43,608 nucleotides of DNA from a candidate division WOR-3 bacterium (GTDB lineage Bacteria > Hydrothermota > Hydrothermia > B15-G9 > WFZT01). The DNA lies in NCBI GenBank assembly GCA_027053075.1, contig JALUEE010000054.1, forward strand, positions 1-43,608. The letters are read 5' to 3'. Both the position numbers and the translations under genes were made by a program. Positions 11,901 through 18,114 of this stretch are shown piece after piece (within the stretch, counting starts at the first letter, position 1; every line of letters starts with the position of its first letter). The notes below the pieces were generated by a model. It was not told the origin of the DNA and did no database searches. It worked only from the letters and a program-made list of their open reading frames with translations.

Positions 11901-14900
11901 TCAAGAGATGCAGGAAACGCCAATCTACCACCAAGCATGGCTACATAGCCAGTTCCGACTTTCATGTATTTAAAGACATTTATGTCAAGAGGAATTCCAA
12001 GTGCATCGAGTGAAAATAGGGTATCTGCTCCCTCAGGTGGTGTGGCCTGGATTTCACCATCGTAAAACTCAAAGCTCTCCGGGTTTACCTTTACATCAAA
12101 TTCAACCCCCATGTTTGGAACAAAATCATTCATCTTCAGGGATGGCACATAGACACGAACAGGCTTATTGGGCTTCGTAAAAATCCTCAGGGTGTCGCCA
12201 ATGTAGCTATAACTCACAAGTAGAGTGTCATTCTGTTTTAGCTGCACAAAGGCAATGGACGTATCTGGAATTGGTAATTTGGCCGGAATTGGGACAATTC
12301 CACCAAAATCTGGATGAAATCCTGCGGTATCGAGCCAGGCGACGCGGTTGCCATTAAAAATGAAATCAACCTGTCCGCTCGAAACACCGAAATGAGGAGA
12401 CCAGGACAGAGCAAAATTGTCTGAAAAACGCGCAACTGCACTGTAATCAGTTCCATTCCATTTTAGCCTGACAAGAGAAGTGTCATGGACGGTAAGTCCG
12501 GAGTCATTTAGCGATAGGTTATCAGGTAAATTGAGGAGTATGCCGTCACCTGTTAGCGGAGCACCTGCCTGGACTGCACTCCATGTCTCCGGTCCTGCGA
12601 GATCAACTTTAAATGCAAAACTTCCACTGAAGTCTGCACTTCCACTTTTTATAGTAAAGTCTGAAAGGTTAAGAACAAGACTGTTAAAATTCACTCCCAC
12701 CGAAAATCCATCAGAAAGCTGGAGTGCCCCATTTCCATTAATGTGAAATCCTGCTGTGTCCAGTGTCGCCGAATCCACTCGAATCGCAAGAACAGGATTA
12801 ACGGAGGGGAGATTCCAGATAAAGGGTTCTGTTATCCTTACAAATCCATCAATAAATTCAAACTGAGTAAGCTCGAAGGTCATATTTCCGCTGGCAGTGA
12901 TGCTGTCTCCATCGCTCGGTGCAGGAAGCTTTACAACACCGTGAAGCCCCATATTTACTCTTTGAGCGCCACTGTCATTCACAAAGGTAAATCCAGATGA
13001 GTCAATCTGTATCGTCAGGGGGCCAAACTGCAGGGGACAGGAAGGCACTACATTTTCAACCGTTCCTGTTATCAAACCATCTGATGAAAGATGTAGTTTC
13101 TGGTTTCCAAGCGAAAGAGTCCGATTATTACAACTAAACTCTTCTGGCAGAACGATGCTACCACGCAGGTCTATTCCTCCCTCAACCTCGAGGCTGTCAT
13201 GGTAGGTGGCCTGGAATGAACCACCAAGACCTTCGATAACATATTCCACTCCGCCTCCGAGTGGAATGTGACAATCAGATACCACACCCTCAGGTATGTC
13301 AAATGACATACCACCATCAATAAAATGTACGTTATCAAGATTAATAGTCTGAGCTCTTATACAGTCGGGGAAGCTTCCCGGTAAATTCGGCATAGAAAAT
13401 CCCAAACCGAAATTAAAATTGAAACCCGATGAGTCGTTTCCTCCTCCAAATGGCCAGGAAAATGACGGCAGGGTAAATTCCGGCATGGAGAAAGATAAGA
13501 CCTTCATATCAAAGCCACCAAAATTAAAGTGTGGAACAGGAGAAAATGTCGGGAAATTAAATTCAGGGAATCTAAATCCTCCGTTAAATATGGAAATACC
13601 ATGAACCCAGGGAAATGTTATCGAATCAAGAGATGGAAAGGAGAATTTTGCATCAAGGTTAAAATTAAAATTCCAGTGTCCAGAGCCAAAGCTGAACTGC
13701 GGCAGGGTTAGATTACTGAAATCAATCTTCATCCATGATAGATCAATCGCAGGAAGCTCGCATGATGGCTCAAAATTCTGAAGAGAGGCACCGTCTTGAT
13801 TTACAAGAAGTTCCAAGGCTCCGCCACAGGTATCTTTCTCAAAGTTCAAGGATACATTGCCAAAAAGGGTAAGAGAATATTCCCTACTGCTGTAATCTCC
13901 ATTAATGCTGTCCATGGTCAGGGTGACGAAATTCTGGTCAGGCACTATCGGGAATGTAATGGGTCCCGTTGCTCTTAATTTCCCCGAAACCTCGCCATCT
14001 AAAAGGGTCAGGGTATCGAGACTGTAGGCAAAACTCGTATCAAACAGGTGTATTCTACCAGAGAAGGAAACTACGGGGTTTGAGAAATGCGCGTTTATCT
14101 CGTTCATATCCAGCGTTGCGAGTCCTGACCCAAAGGAGAAAAGATTTTCACCATATCCTGCTGCTTTTGAAAGTGTTCCATGTAAACCATTTCGGTCGAT
14201 TGTCAGGCCTTCGGGAAAGTCAAAATCAGGTACTCCATAACTTGAAGGCATTGAAAATCTCACCCCAAGCCTCAGGTCACTATTGTATGAAACCGACGTA
14301 ACTTTAAAAAATGGACCTGTGACTGATTGGGGAATGATGCCATCTGCAATATTATGGGCATTAAAACTACCACCGACTATGGAAAGGTCACTTTTCTGTA
14401 CAAGGAGATTTGTTACCTGAACATTTATCGGTGCAGCCCCTGGAATGGCTGGTAAAAGGAGTGTGGAGTTTCCGTTTAACCGATAAGAGTCCCCTAAATC
14501 AGTTACCTCAAGACCCGTTACAATAAGGTAAGCTGCATTCTCTACAATCTCCAGTGTATCCCCGAGACCGGGGCTCGGAATTGACGCACTTGAAAATGTG
14601 AACGTGAAGAGGTTGCTTTTGCCCTGATTTTGCCCAAATCCGTTATGGGCAAGGTCAAGAGCCTGAACCTGCCATACATAAGTTTTGCCGTTTTCAAGAA
14701 GTGGAGCATCTACTGGATAAATAAGGGTTGGAATGTTTTCTGTGCTGTCCTGGTAATGGGGGATACCATAAGTTGCCTGGAGGGGTGTTTGCCCTGGGTG
14801 AACTTCCCAGAGACTAAAGCGGTATGTGATATTGTAATTAGGAGGGCCAATAATAGGTGTCCAGACAAAAACTGGAAATGGAATTGCTGTTGTTTCGGCC

Positions 14901-15376
14901 TCTGCAGGAGAAAGCAGAGAAGGGGGAGAAGGGAGTAAAATACGGAAGGTTTCACAGTCTCCTGACATACTGTCATCTGTTGAGATATCAATGACAGAAA
15001 CACATAAACTGTAGTTCCCGTCAGGAAATCTCCCGGAGCGAACAATCTGCTCCTCAAGGGTGCTCGAATAATTTACATTGTTCCAGTCTATAAGATTGTT
15101 GTTGGAATAAACATTTGTTGCAGGACTGGTAAAGTTAATAGGTTCACTCTCACCGTTTGCGATCTCAGTGCCGTTTCTTTTTAGACTTGCTCGTAATTTC
15201 ACCGAAATAGTATTAAAGCCTGTATAAGTCAGGGTGAACGTAAGGACTCCCGGGTTGGATTCCCAATCACTGACGTATGGAGATGGGTTGGGTGTGAACT
15301 GCAGGTCAGATATCCATTCTCCGGCCTTTAATGAAAAAACAGCAAAAATGCTGAGGAACAAAATATTTTTTACCAT
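5960..15376 (-). CDS. Giant secreted protein (3138 aa): TANFOR-like N-terminal domain, repetitive beta-rich core, helical stalk, C-terminal FN3/Ig-like repeats
   Basis: Single 9.4-kb ORF with AGGAGG RBS and signal peptide; N-terminal PSPYVSDW...G-x-FPDGNY-x-LCV-x-V-x-D...PPSLLSP...F-x-WTP...Y-x-WQVQA pattern recognised from TANFOR-domain proteins (from memory, not searched); DTTPP-type linkers in the last ~600 aa. Confidence 0.8.
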   Translation of the reverse strand: MVKNILFLSIFAVFSLKAGEWISDLQFTPNPSPYVSDWESNPGVLTFTLTYTGFNTISVKLRASLKRNGTEIANGESEPINFTSPATNVYSNNNLIDWNNVNYSSTLEEQIVRSGRFPDGNYSLCVSVIDISTDDSMSGDCETFRILLPSPPSLLSPAEAETTAIPFPVFVWTPIIGPPNYNITYRFSLWEVHPGQTPLQATYGIPHYQDSTENIPTLIYPVDAPLLENGKTYVWQVQALDLAHNGFGQNQGKSNLFTFTFSSASIPSPGLGDTLEIVENAAYLIVTGLEVTDLGDSYRLNGNSTLLLPAIPGAAPINVQVTNLLVQKSDLSIVGGSFNAHNIADGIIPQSVTGPFFKVTSVSYNSDLRLGVRFSMPSSYGVPDFDFPEGLTIDRNGLHGTLSKAAGYGENLFSFGSGLATLDMNEINAHFSNPVVSFSGRIHLFDTSFAYSLDTLTLLDGEVSGKLRATGPITFPIVPDQNFVTLTMDSINGDYSSREYSLTLFGNVSLNFEKDTCGGALELLVNQDGASLQNFEPSCELPAIDLSWMKIDFSNLTLPQFSFGSGHWNFNFNLDAKFSFPSLDSITFPWVHGISIFNGGFRFPEFNFPTFSPVPHFNFGGFDMKVLSFSMPEFTLPSFSWPFGGGNDSSGFNFNFGLGFSMPNLPGSFPDCIRAQTINLDNVHFIDGGMSFDIPEGVVSDCHIPLGGGVEYVIEGLGGSFQATYHDSLEVEGGIDLRGSIVLPEEFSCNNRTLSLGNQKLHLSSDGLITGTVENVVPSCPLQFGPLTIQIDSSGFTFVNDSGAQRVNMGLHGVVKLPAPSDGDSITASGNMTFELTQFEFIDGFVRITEPFIWNLPSVNPVLAIRVDSATLDTAGFHINGNGALQLSDGFSVGVNFNSLVLNLSDFTIKSGSADFSGSFAFKVDLAGPETWSAVQAGAPLTGDGILLNLPDNLSLNDSGLTVHDTSLVRLKWNGTDYSAVARFSDNFALSWSPHFGVSSGQVDFIFNGNRVAWLDTAGFHPDFGGIVPIPAKLPIPDTSIAFVQLKQNDTLLVSYSYIGDTLRIFTKPNKPVRVYVPSLKMNDFVPNMGVEFDVKVNPESFEFYDGEIQATPPEGADTLFSLDALGIPLDINVFKYMKVGTGYVAMLGGRLAFPASLDSLNIEFDSLRLSASGLAGTARVGHVFDTLGNRSYVDSVRFGNFMTFKIDGGEISFSPNSARFSGDIYPDLFERNGTAFPIHFVANYGNSGFDFNFDMPDTLPISYINFIPMALQGNPPISISLTDTISVELAGIFSFPFAGDSFSISMSGLKIMNVAPYVVAPEISYPTTGQFFKLFGMDFGLRDVRKLGVTYPALGFEFQNGIFKVNMSGEFAFMRDTISFTELKVGSDGSFEFQEVNLLSSPINIVDHYWTLDTVKFTMDSLRIEGSVILPAPFDTVGKQRYSASISYDGTIRGGGKIVLIDETPAMDDDPTEFNFFVGSLDINYLAVNLDLTDFENSGIDAVFYLYFDAEHPVKIGYNEGDSLAPGFSINLDGDFDWGDIDIPAGSIPDIDWNVFKLSIGNVTLLHDNSFGVSFSGSMQLNVSSVSGNIEFQDFEVSSDGGVEFPTINRADLSIAGVMTMSIASINYVDHDTTIQVPMVGLPTANNQGSSSMRSVNVSSSFSFGLTLNIMDYGGGGVKNFIAYTKQSDGSVGMVIDSANMVIPSVFEASFDMEFESGEYFRFLFAGDAKLPAANNLSVALVGKLANTPTGPSFGAFVTVSTQIDIIPRLIILSGLGGGFFYNPEETDFRIVKAKSGLTGMPFDTMTVRNADFSIFLYAEAEIVTDWVARGRALLTVTDQEFLLDAKVVLLHQDDKITGYAHLGIGFQDFYAVGNIGVDVNVLSLIKGQGTFGFFVYNEDAWGITGGTNMKILSFIDLESEFFVGPPGFMVSGTASYGFDIWIIEVNTGFEGQMWYIRDASWGAYYKAYVEVEVLGGAAGAKGWLESCLIGSPNFYLYGAAGLEVHALFISWEGSAWAKISGDGVDGGFGHDPEMDALIDEARQSADDMNQAKEEAQAAMDEARATLSNLSPAEQANIFYKVFTHEFKINGVNLYDYLYRVELANGGLEAIEKPSLMWVGGRIYSGYYSPYRDTNNIVTERRRLNQAITRISQYRGRVDAILERINLVVDSINSAGLTSIGASPVEDARLGEGHLHVTIQNGKATVTSQPGFAINASQASQNATNAIQYEHEAQETYAQVISRMNDIEIALFDLKNLMSRGSIDSLLKAYSRADIISSKYYGYTKQYFVNMKDWAKNQKVALANHRQSIRDEIHHKTNRLTTNHAALRNLVLKRKLAELTILYNNNVQDIDTAYATFVAWFNDNQDIMEQIANNTGMEIWYTIPDNGLSYLDSLYGAFADSLDRQYLASFDSIRAPHIMVTQAFDNIYTVSVELGEVLYDLYDRFIFWLSGSTPSLDMGANFGNRQFIGGNLRPGQLNMPDSTQRHFVFKPRVTGKIGGHVLKHGQKFNVHRIQLQIPGLSNYDDGINTFRARIDTLGLLLTPPRITTMNLRSVNRDHYNRIFVTWNVSHPLGRDAVKEVSYMLVDPNIAYNVQKFQSMGAPSSGAGLFSNTLNYSLYQFQNRDVINYRLCIRARGGLGLTTRRCIAFPANFGHGGAGHSRDFTAGQDTTPPIPPVISFPRYSRRRITPNTFTQNYYTAATTELYAEWRSQDYETGVEEYQYMLEREYTERLLNPFGGTYVLINARDTLITWTSAQGLTRKTIRGLSLKHDSTYILSVRARNVDGYWSNPGHIMVTIDTTPPPAPARRTVLFKPLVYAPVFGGYIPPSVTVEYVIKNDPESGISRFLYKVDTLPHHVFEGDGWKDVPGYIDSIRVVGGPLTYLDTFYISVFAVNSAGLLSDSGYVSPPLRPDDPTPPEGLHIQVTSPTGGHRYISPGDTVTVTLIHPAEDRETGVKSYLIGMGSTQTRSSLMRFAPVDPSKVRGNSFKFIPNFSTIRDGMNVYFLMRAVNNDGDTSRIFVSPHIRAEKSPPPAAHIRRVSYRDDPKHKRFKGLLDFDFYITNDRQSNTVAVYYRVVQIGAMHHNRVISDWQRIPDFGQGLNNKIAHLPRALTNGSRYILEIKTVNGVGMVTVSSRMF

Positions 15377-15469
15377 GAACCCTCCTAAGGTAGTTTTATC
15401 TCCATGAACGGGCGGGATTTATTGGCTACGATCAAGAATTTATCCCCATCTATTCAGGAAGACCTGCTC

Positions 15470-15498
15470 ATTATACCCCCTTAACATATCCAAGTCAA
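15470..15498 (-). promoter_or_regulatory. sigma70-type promoter of the giant-protein operon
   Basis: Minus strand TTGACT (15498-15493) - 17 nt - TATAAT (15475-15470), ~95 nt upstream of the ATG. Confidence 0.75.
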
Positions 15499-15798
15499 AC
15501 AACATCCAAAAGTTTTTGGAAATGGTGCCCTTTTGCGAGCCTTCCCCGAACTTCATGCCGGGAGAATATATGTGATAACGTAGTTAACATTCTGACCATA
15601 AGGGGAATTTGCAATTTCTAACAACCCGGCCCGACAATCTCAGGCTACTTCCACAAAAATCTTTCCTTCACCGTAAATTCTTTGCGGCGAGTGGTCAGGT
15701 GATAAGCTGGAGTTGAAATTTACTATAGGTAAAGGTTTGGAAGAATCTTCGAATGAACCATATTTATTTCAGTTTCCCCTCACTCACAAAAATAATCT

Positions 15799-15846
15799 TC
15801 CTCTCCCCGTATAAATACTTTGCGGGGAGAGGATAAAGGTGAGGGG
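15799..15846 (+). repeat. Hairpin + mirror-repeat element, copy 3
   Basis: TCCTCTCCCCGTA-TAAATACTT-TGCGGGGAGAGGA-TAAA-GGTGAGGGG. Confidence 0.85.
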
Positions 15847-15882
15847 CCACAATTGAAATTTTTATAGAATTTAAGCGGAAGG

Positions 15883-15926
15883 CCCCCTCCCTTTGATCCC
15901 TCCCCCGCACACAGCGCGGGGGAGGG
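15883..15926 (-). repeat. Hairpin + mirror-repeat element (type B), copy 4
   Basis: CCCCCTCCC-TTTGAT-CCCTCCCCCGC-ACACAGC-GCGGGGGAGGG; near-identical to 42804-42851 including the flanks AAGCGGAA and AAAGTTTTT. Confidence 0.85.
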
Positions 15927-16062
15927 AAAGTTTTTAAGATTGCGGGTAGAGAGCAGGTGAAGGGTTACAACTGAAATTTCTTCCATATAAAAGTCTGAAA
16001 AAGAATCTTTGGGGGTCCACTTTTGGCCCAGTTGTTTACTGCCTCACACGCAAAAAATAACT

Positions 16063-16110
16063 TCCTCTCCCCGCATAAATTCTTTGCGGGGAGAGGATCA
16101 AGGTGAGGGG
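16063..16110 (+). repeat. Hairpin + mirror-repeat element, copy 5
   Basis: TCCTCTCCCCGCA-TAAATTCTT-TGCGGGGAGAGGA-TCAA-GGTGAGGGG, followed by TTACATCT as at 43028. Confidence 0.85.
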
Positions 16111-16221
16111 TTACATCTGAAACCACTTTATTCTACTCTTATATAAACTGGAAGCGGTCTCTAAATTGGATCCTTCTTCCAGGTACATTCATCAACCTGT
16201 GACTGTTTTTGAAGATATGCC

Positions 16222-16248
16222 GATTCTTGGGTCATGACCTCAAGAATC
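16222..16248. promoter_or_regulatory. Imperfect palindrome, candidate operator
   Basis: GATTCTTG-GGTCA/TGACC-T-CAAGAATC (one-base bulge), ~55 bp upstream of the putative -35 of the wHTH gene. Confidence 0.4.
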
Positions 16249-16301
16249 TCCCATCAAAAAATCCCATTCCTCAAAATTTCCCAATTAGGCCACTTAACCT
16301 C

Positions 16302-16330
16302 TTGAAAATTTGCGGGGAAAAATTTAATAT
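16302..16330 (+). promoter_or_regulatory. Putative sigma70 promoter of the small HTH gene
   Basis: TTGAAA - 17 nt - TAATAT, then AGGAGG RBS at ~16350. Confidence 0.5.
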
Positions 16331-16362
16331 CACAAAAGCAGTGTTAAAAAGGAGGTAGAAAG

Positions 16363-16599
16363 ATGGCATGTCGTAAAAAGGCAAAAGACCCAAAAGAGCT
16401 CGATGAAATTCAGAAGAGGATATTGAAGGCACTTGCAGAGTTCACAGAGCCTGCAGGATGCAAAGATATAGCGGAAAAGGCTGGTCTGCCTACACCAAAG
16501 GTTACAGGCAAGCTAAGAGGACTCAAGAATCGCGGATTTGTTGAGAGTCCTGTTAAGGGGAAATATGTGATAACTGCGGAAGGAAAAAGTTTGATATAA
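16363..16599 (+). CDS. Small winged helix-turn-helix protein
   Basis: 78 aa; RBS AAGGAGG; QKRILKAL...KDIAEKAGLPTPKVTGKLRGLKNRGFVES...GKYVITAEG is a typical wHTH pattern. Confidence 0.85.
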   Translation: MACRKKAKDPKELDEIQKRILKALAEFTEPAGCKDIAEKAGLPTPKVTGKLRGLKNRGFVESPVKGKYVITAEGKSLI

Positions 16600-16601
16600 A
16601 C

Positions 16602-16633
16602 GGTTGCGGAGGCGCGTACGCGCCTCCGCAACC
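16602..16633. terminator. Perfect 32-bp palindrome between convergent genes; probable bidirectional terminator
   Basis: GGTTGCGGAGGCGCGT|ACGCGCCTCCGCAACC lies directly between the wHTH stop (16599) and the livF stop (16640). Confidence 0.7.
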
Positions 16634-16639
16634 CAAAAT

Positions 16640-17344
16640 TCACCCTCCAAGATAAGCTTTCTTCACATCCTCATTGTGCAGCAAATCTTCACCTGTTCCC
16701 TCGAGAACAATTTTCCCTGTTTCAAGAACATACCCATAATCGGCAATCTGGAGAGCAGCCATTGCGTTCTGCTCAATCAAAAGAATGGTGGTTCCCTTCT
16801 TATGAATCTCCTGAATGGACTTAAACACATCTTCAACGAGCTTTGGTGCAAGACCGAGGGACGGCTCATCAAGCATCATGAGTTTTGGCCTCGACATCAA
16901 AGCACGTCCCAGAGCGAGCATCTGCTGCTCACCTCCGGATAGTGTTCCAGCGAGCTGACTCTTTCTTTCAAGCAACCTCGGGAAAAGTGAAAAAACATAG
17001 TCAAGGTCCTTCTTAAATTCTTCATCTTCCGGCCTGTTATATCCACCCATCAGGAGATTTTCATATACTGTTAGATTGGCAAAAACTCTTCTTCCCTCAG
17101 GAACAAGTGCAATACCTTTTTTCACAATATAATGGGAAGGCTTTCCTGTTATGTCTTCACCTTGATAGTAAATTTTCCCTTCTCTGGGTTTAACAAGTCC
17201 AACAATGGTCCTTAGTGTAGTACTTTTGCCGGCTCCATTTGCACCGATAAGTGTCACAATCTTACCCTCTGGAACTTCCATGGAAATGCCTTTGAGGGCA
17301 TGAATTCCACCGTAAAATACGTGTAAATTCTCGATTTTAAGCAA
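16640..17344 (-). CDS. livF: Branched-chain amino acid ABC transporter ATP-binding protein LivF
   Basis: GANGAGKS Walker A, LSGGEQQML signature, LDEPSLGLAP, VKKAYLG C-terminus. Confidence 0.95.
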   Translation of the reverse strand: MLKIENLHVFYGGIHALKGISMEVPEGKIVTLIGANGAGKSTTLRTIVGLVKPREGKIYYQGEDITGKPSHYIVKKGIALVPEGRRVFANLTVYENLLMGGYNRPEDEEFKKDLDYVFSLFPRLLERKSQLAGTLSGGEQQMLALGRALMSRPKLMMLDEPSLGLAPKLVEDVFKSIQEIHKKGTTILLIEQNAMAALQIADYGYVLETGKIVLEGTGEDLLHNEDVKKAYLGG

Positions 17345-18113
17345 CTTTCCTCGCCTCCCCTAAGTATGCCTCGATCACCCTTGGATTATTCCTGATCTCC
17401 TCGGGTGTACCTTCTGCAATTTCCTCACCGTGGTCAAGCACCTTGATCCATTCACAGATACCCATGACAACCTTCATATCATGCTCAATAAGCAAAATTG
17501 TGAGATTCATTTCATCTCTTAGCTTTCTTATCAAATCCATCAATTCGGAAGATTCCTGCGGGTTCATGCCAGCTGCCGGCTCGTCGAGCAGAAGCATCGT
17601 GGGGTGTGTGGCGAGAGCACGGGCAATCTCGAGCTTTCTCTGGTGACCGTAGGGCAAACTGCCCGCCTGGTCATGTGCAAATTCTGTCAAGCCTACAAGG
17701 TCTAGTAATTCCATTCCCTCATGATACATCTTGTTTTCATCTTTAAAGAATCTTGGCAGCCTGAACATCGCTTCAAAAAAGCTAAACTTTCTGTGGATAT
17801 GAAATCCAGTCATCACGTTCTCGATCACGCTCATTTCAGGGAAAAGTTTGATGTTCTGAAAAGTCCTCGCAATACCCTTTTTGGTTATTTTATTGGGCTT
17901 GAGTCCAGTGATATCTTCGCCTCTGAAATAGACCTTTCCCTCTGTTGGAGTAAGGAATCCAGTAATCACGTTGAAAGCCGTTGTCTTTCCGGCTCCGTTT
18001 GGCCCAATCAATCCGTAAATCTGGTGCTCCTGAATCTCAATATTCAGGTTGTTAATTGCCGTTAAACCCTCGAATTTCATTACAATTCCTTCGGTCTTCA
18101 AAATGGCAGCCAT
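17337..18113 (-). CDS. livG: Branched-chain amino acid ABC transporter ATP-binding protein LivG
   Basis: GPNGAGKT, GIARTFQN, LPYG, LLDEPAAG, IEHDM, VIEAYLG. Confidence 0.95.
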   Translation of the reverse strand: MAAILKTEGIVMKFEGLTAINNLNIEIQEHQIYGLIGPNGAGKTTAFNVITGFLTPTEGKVYFRGEDITGLKPNKITKKGIARTFQNIKLFPEMSVIENVMTGFHIHRKFSFFEAMFRLPRFFKDENKMYHEGMELLDLVGLTEFAHDQAGSLPYGHQRKLEIARALATHPTMLLLDEPAAGMNPQESSELMDLIRKLRDEMNLTILLIEHDMKVVMGICEWIKVLDHGEEIAEGTPEEIRNNPRVIEAYLGEARKVA

Positions 18114-18114
18114 G

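Noticed and set aside
15377..15470. Riboswitch in the ~90-nt leader of the giant operon
   Set aside because: No recognisable c-di-GMP, SAM, TPP or cobalamin consensus and no terminator hairpin
15780..15986. 68-aa minus-strand ORF, and ORFs at 27205-27466
   Set aside because: They are translations of the palindromic repeats (SPLSSPRK, PLPSP); no RBS or protein-like features
15781..16120. Repeat cluster as a CRISPR array
   Set aside because: Units are in mixed orientation and irregularly spaced, are dispersed across the window, and no cas genes are present
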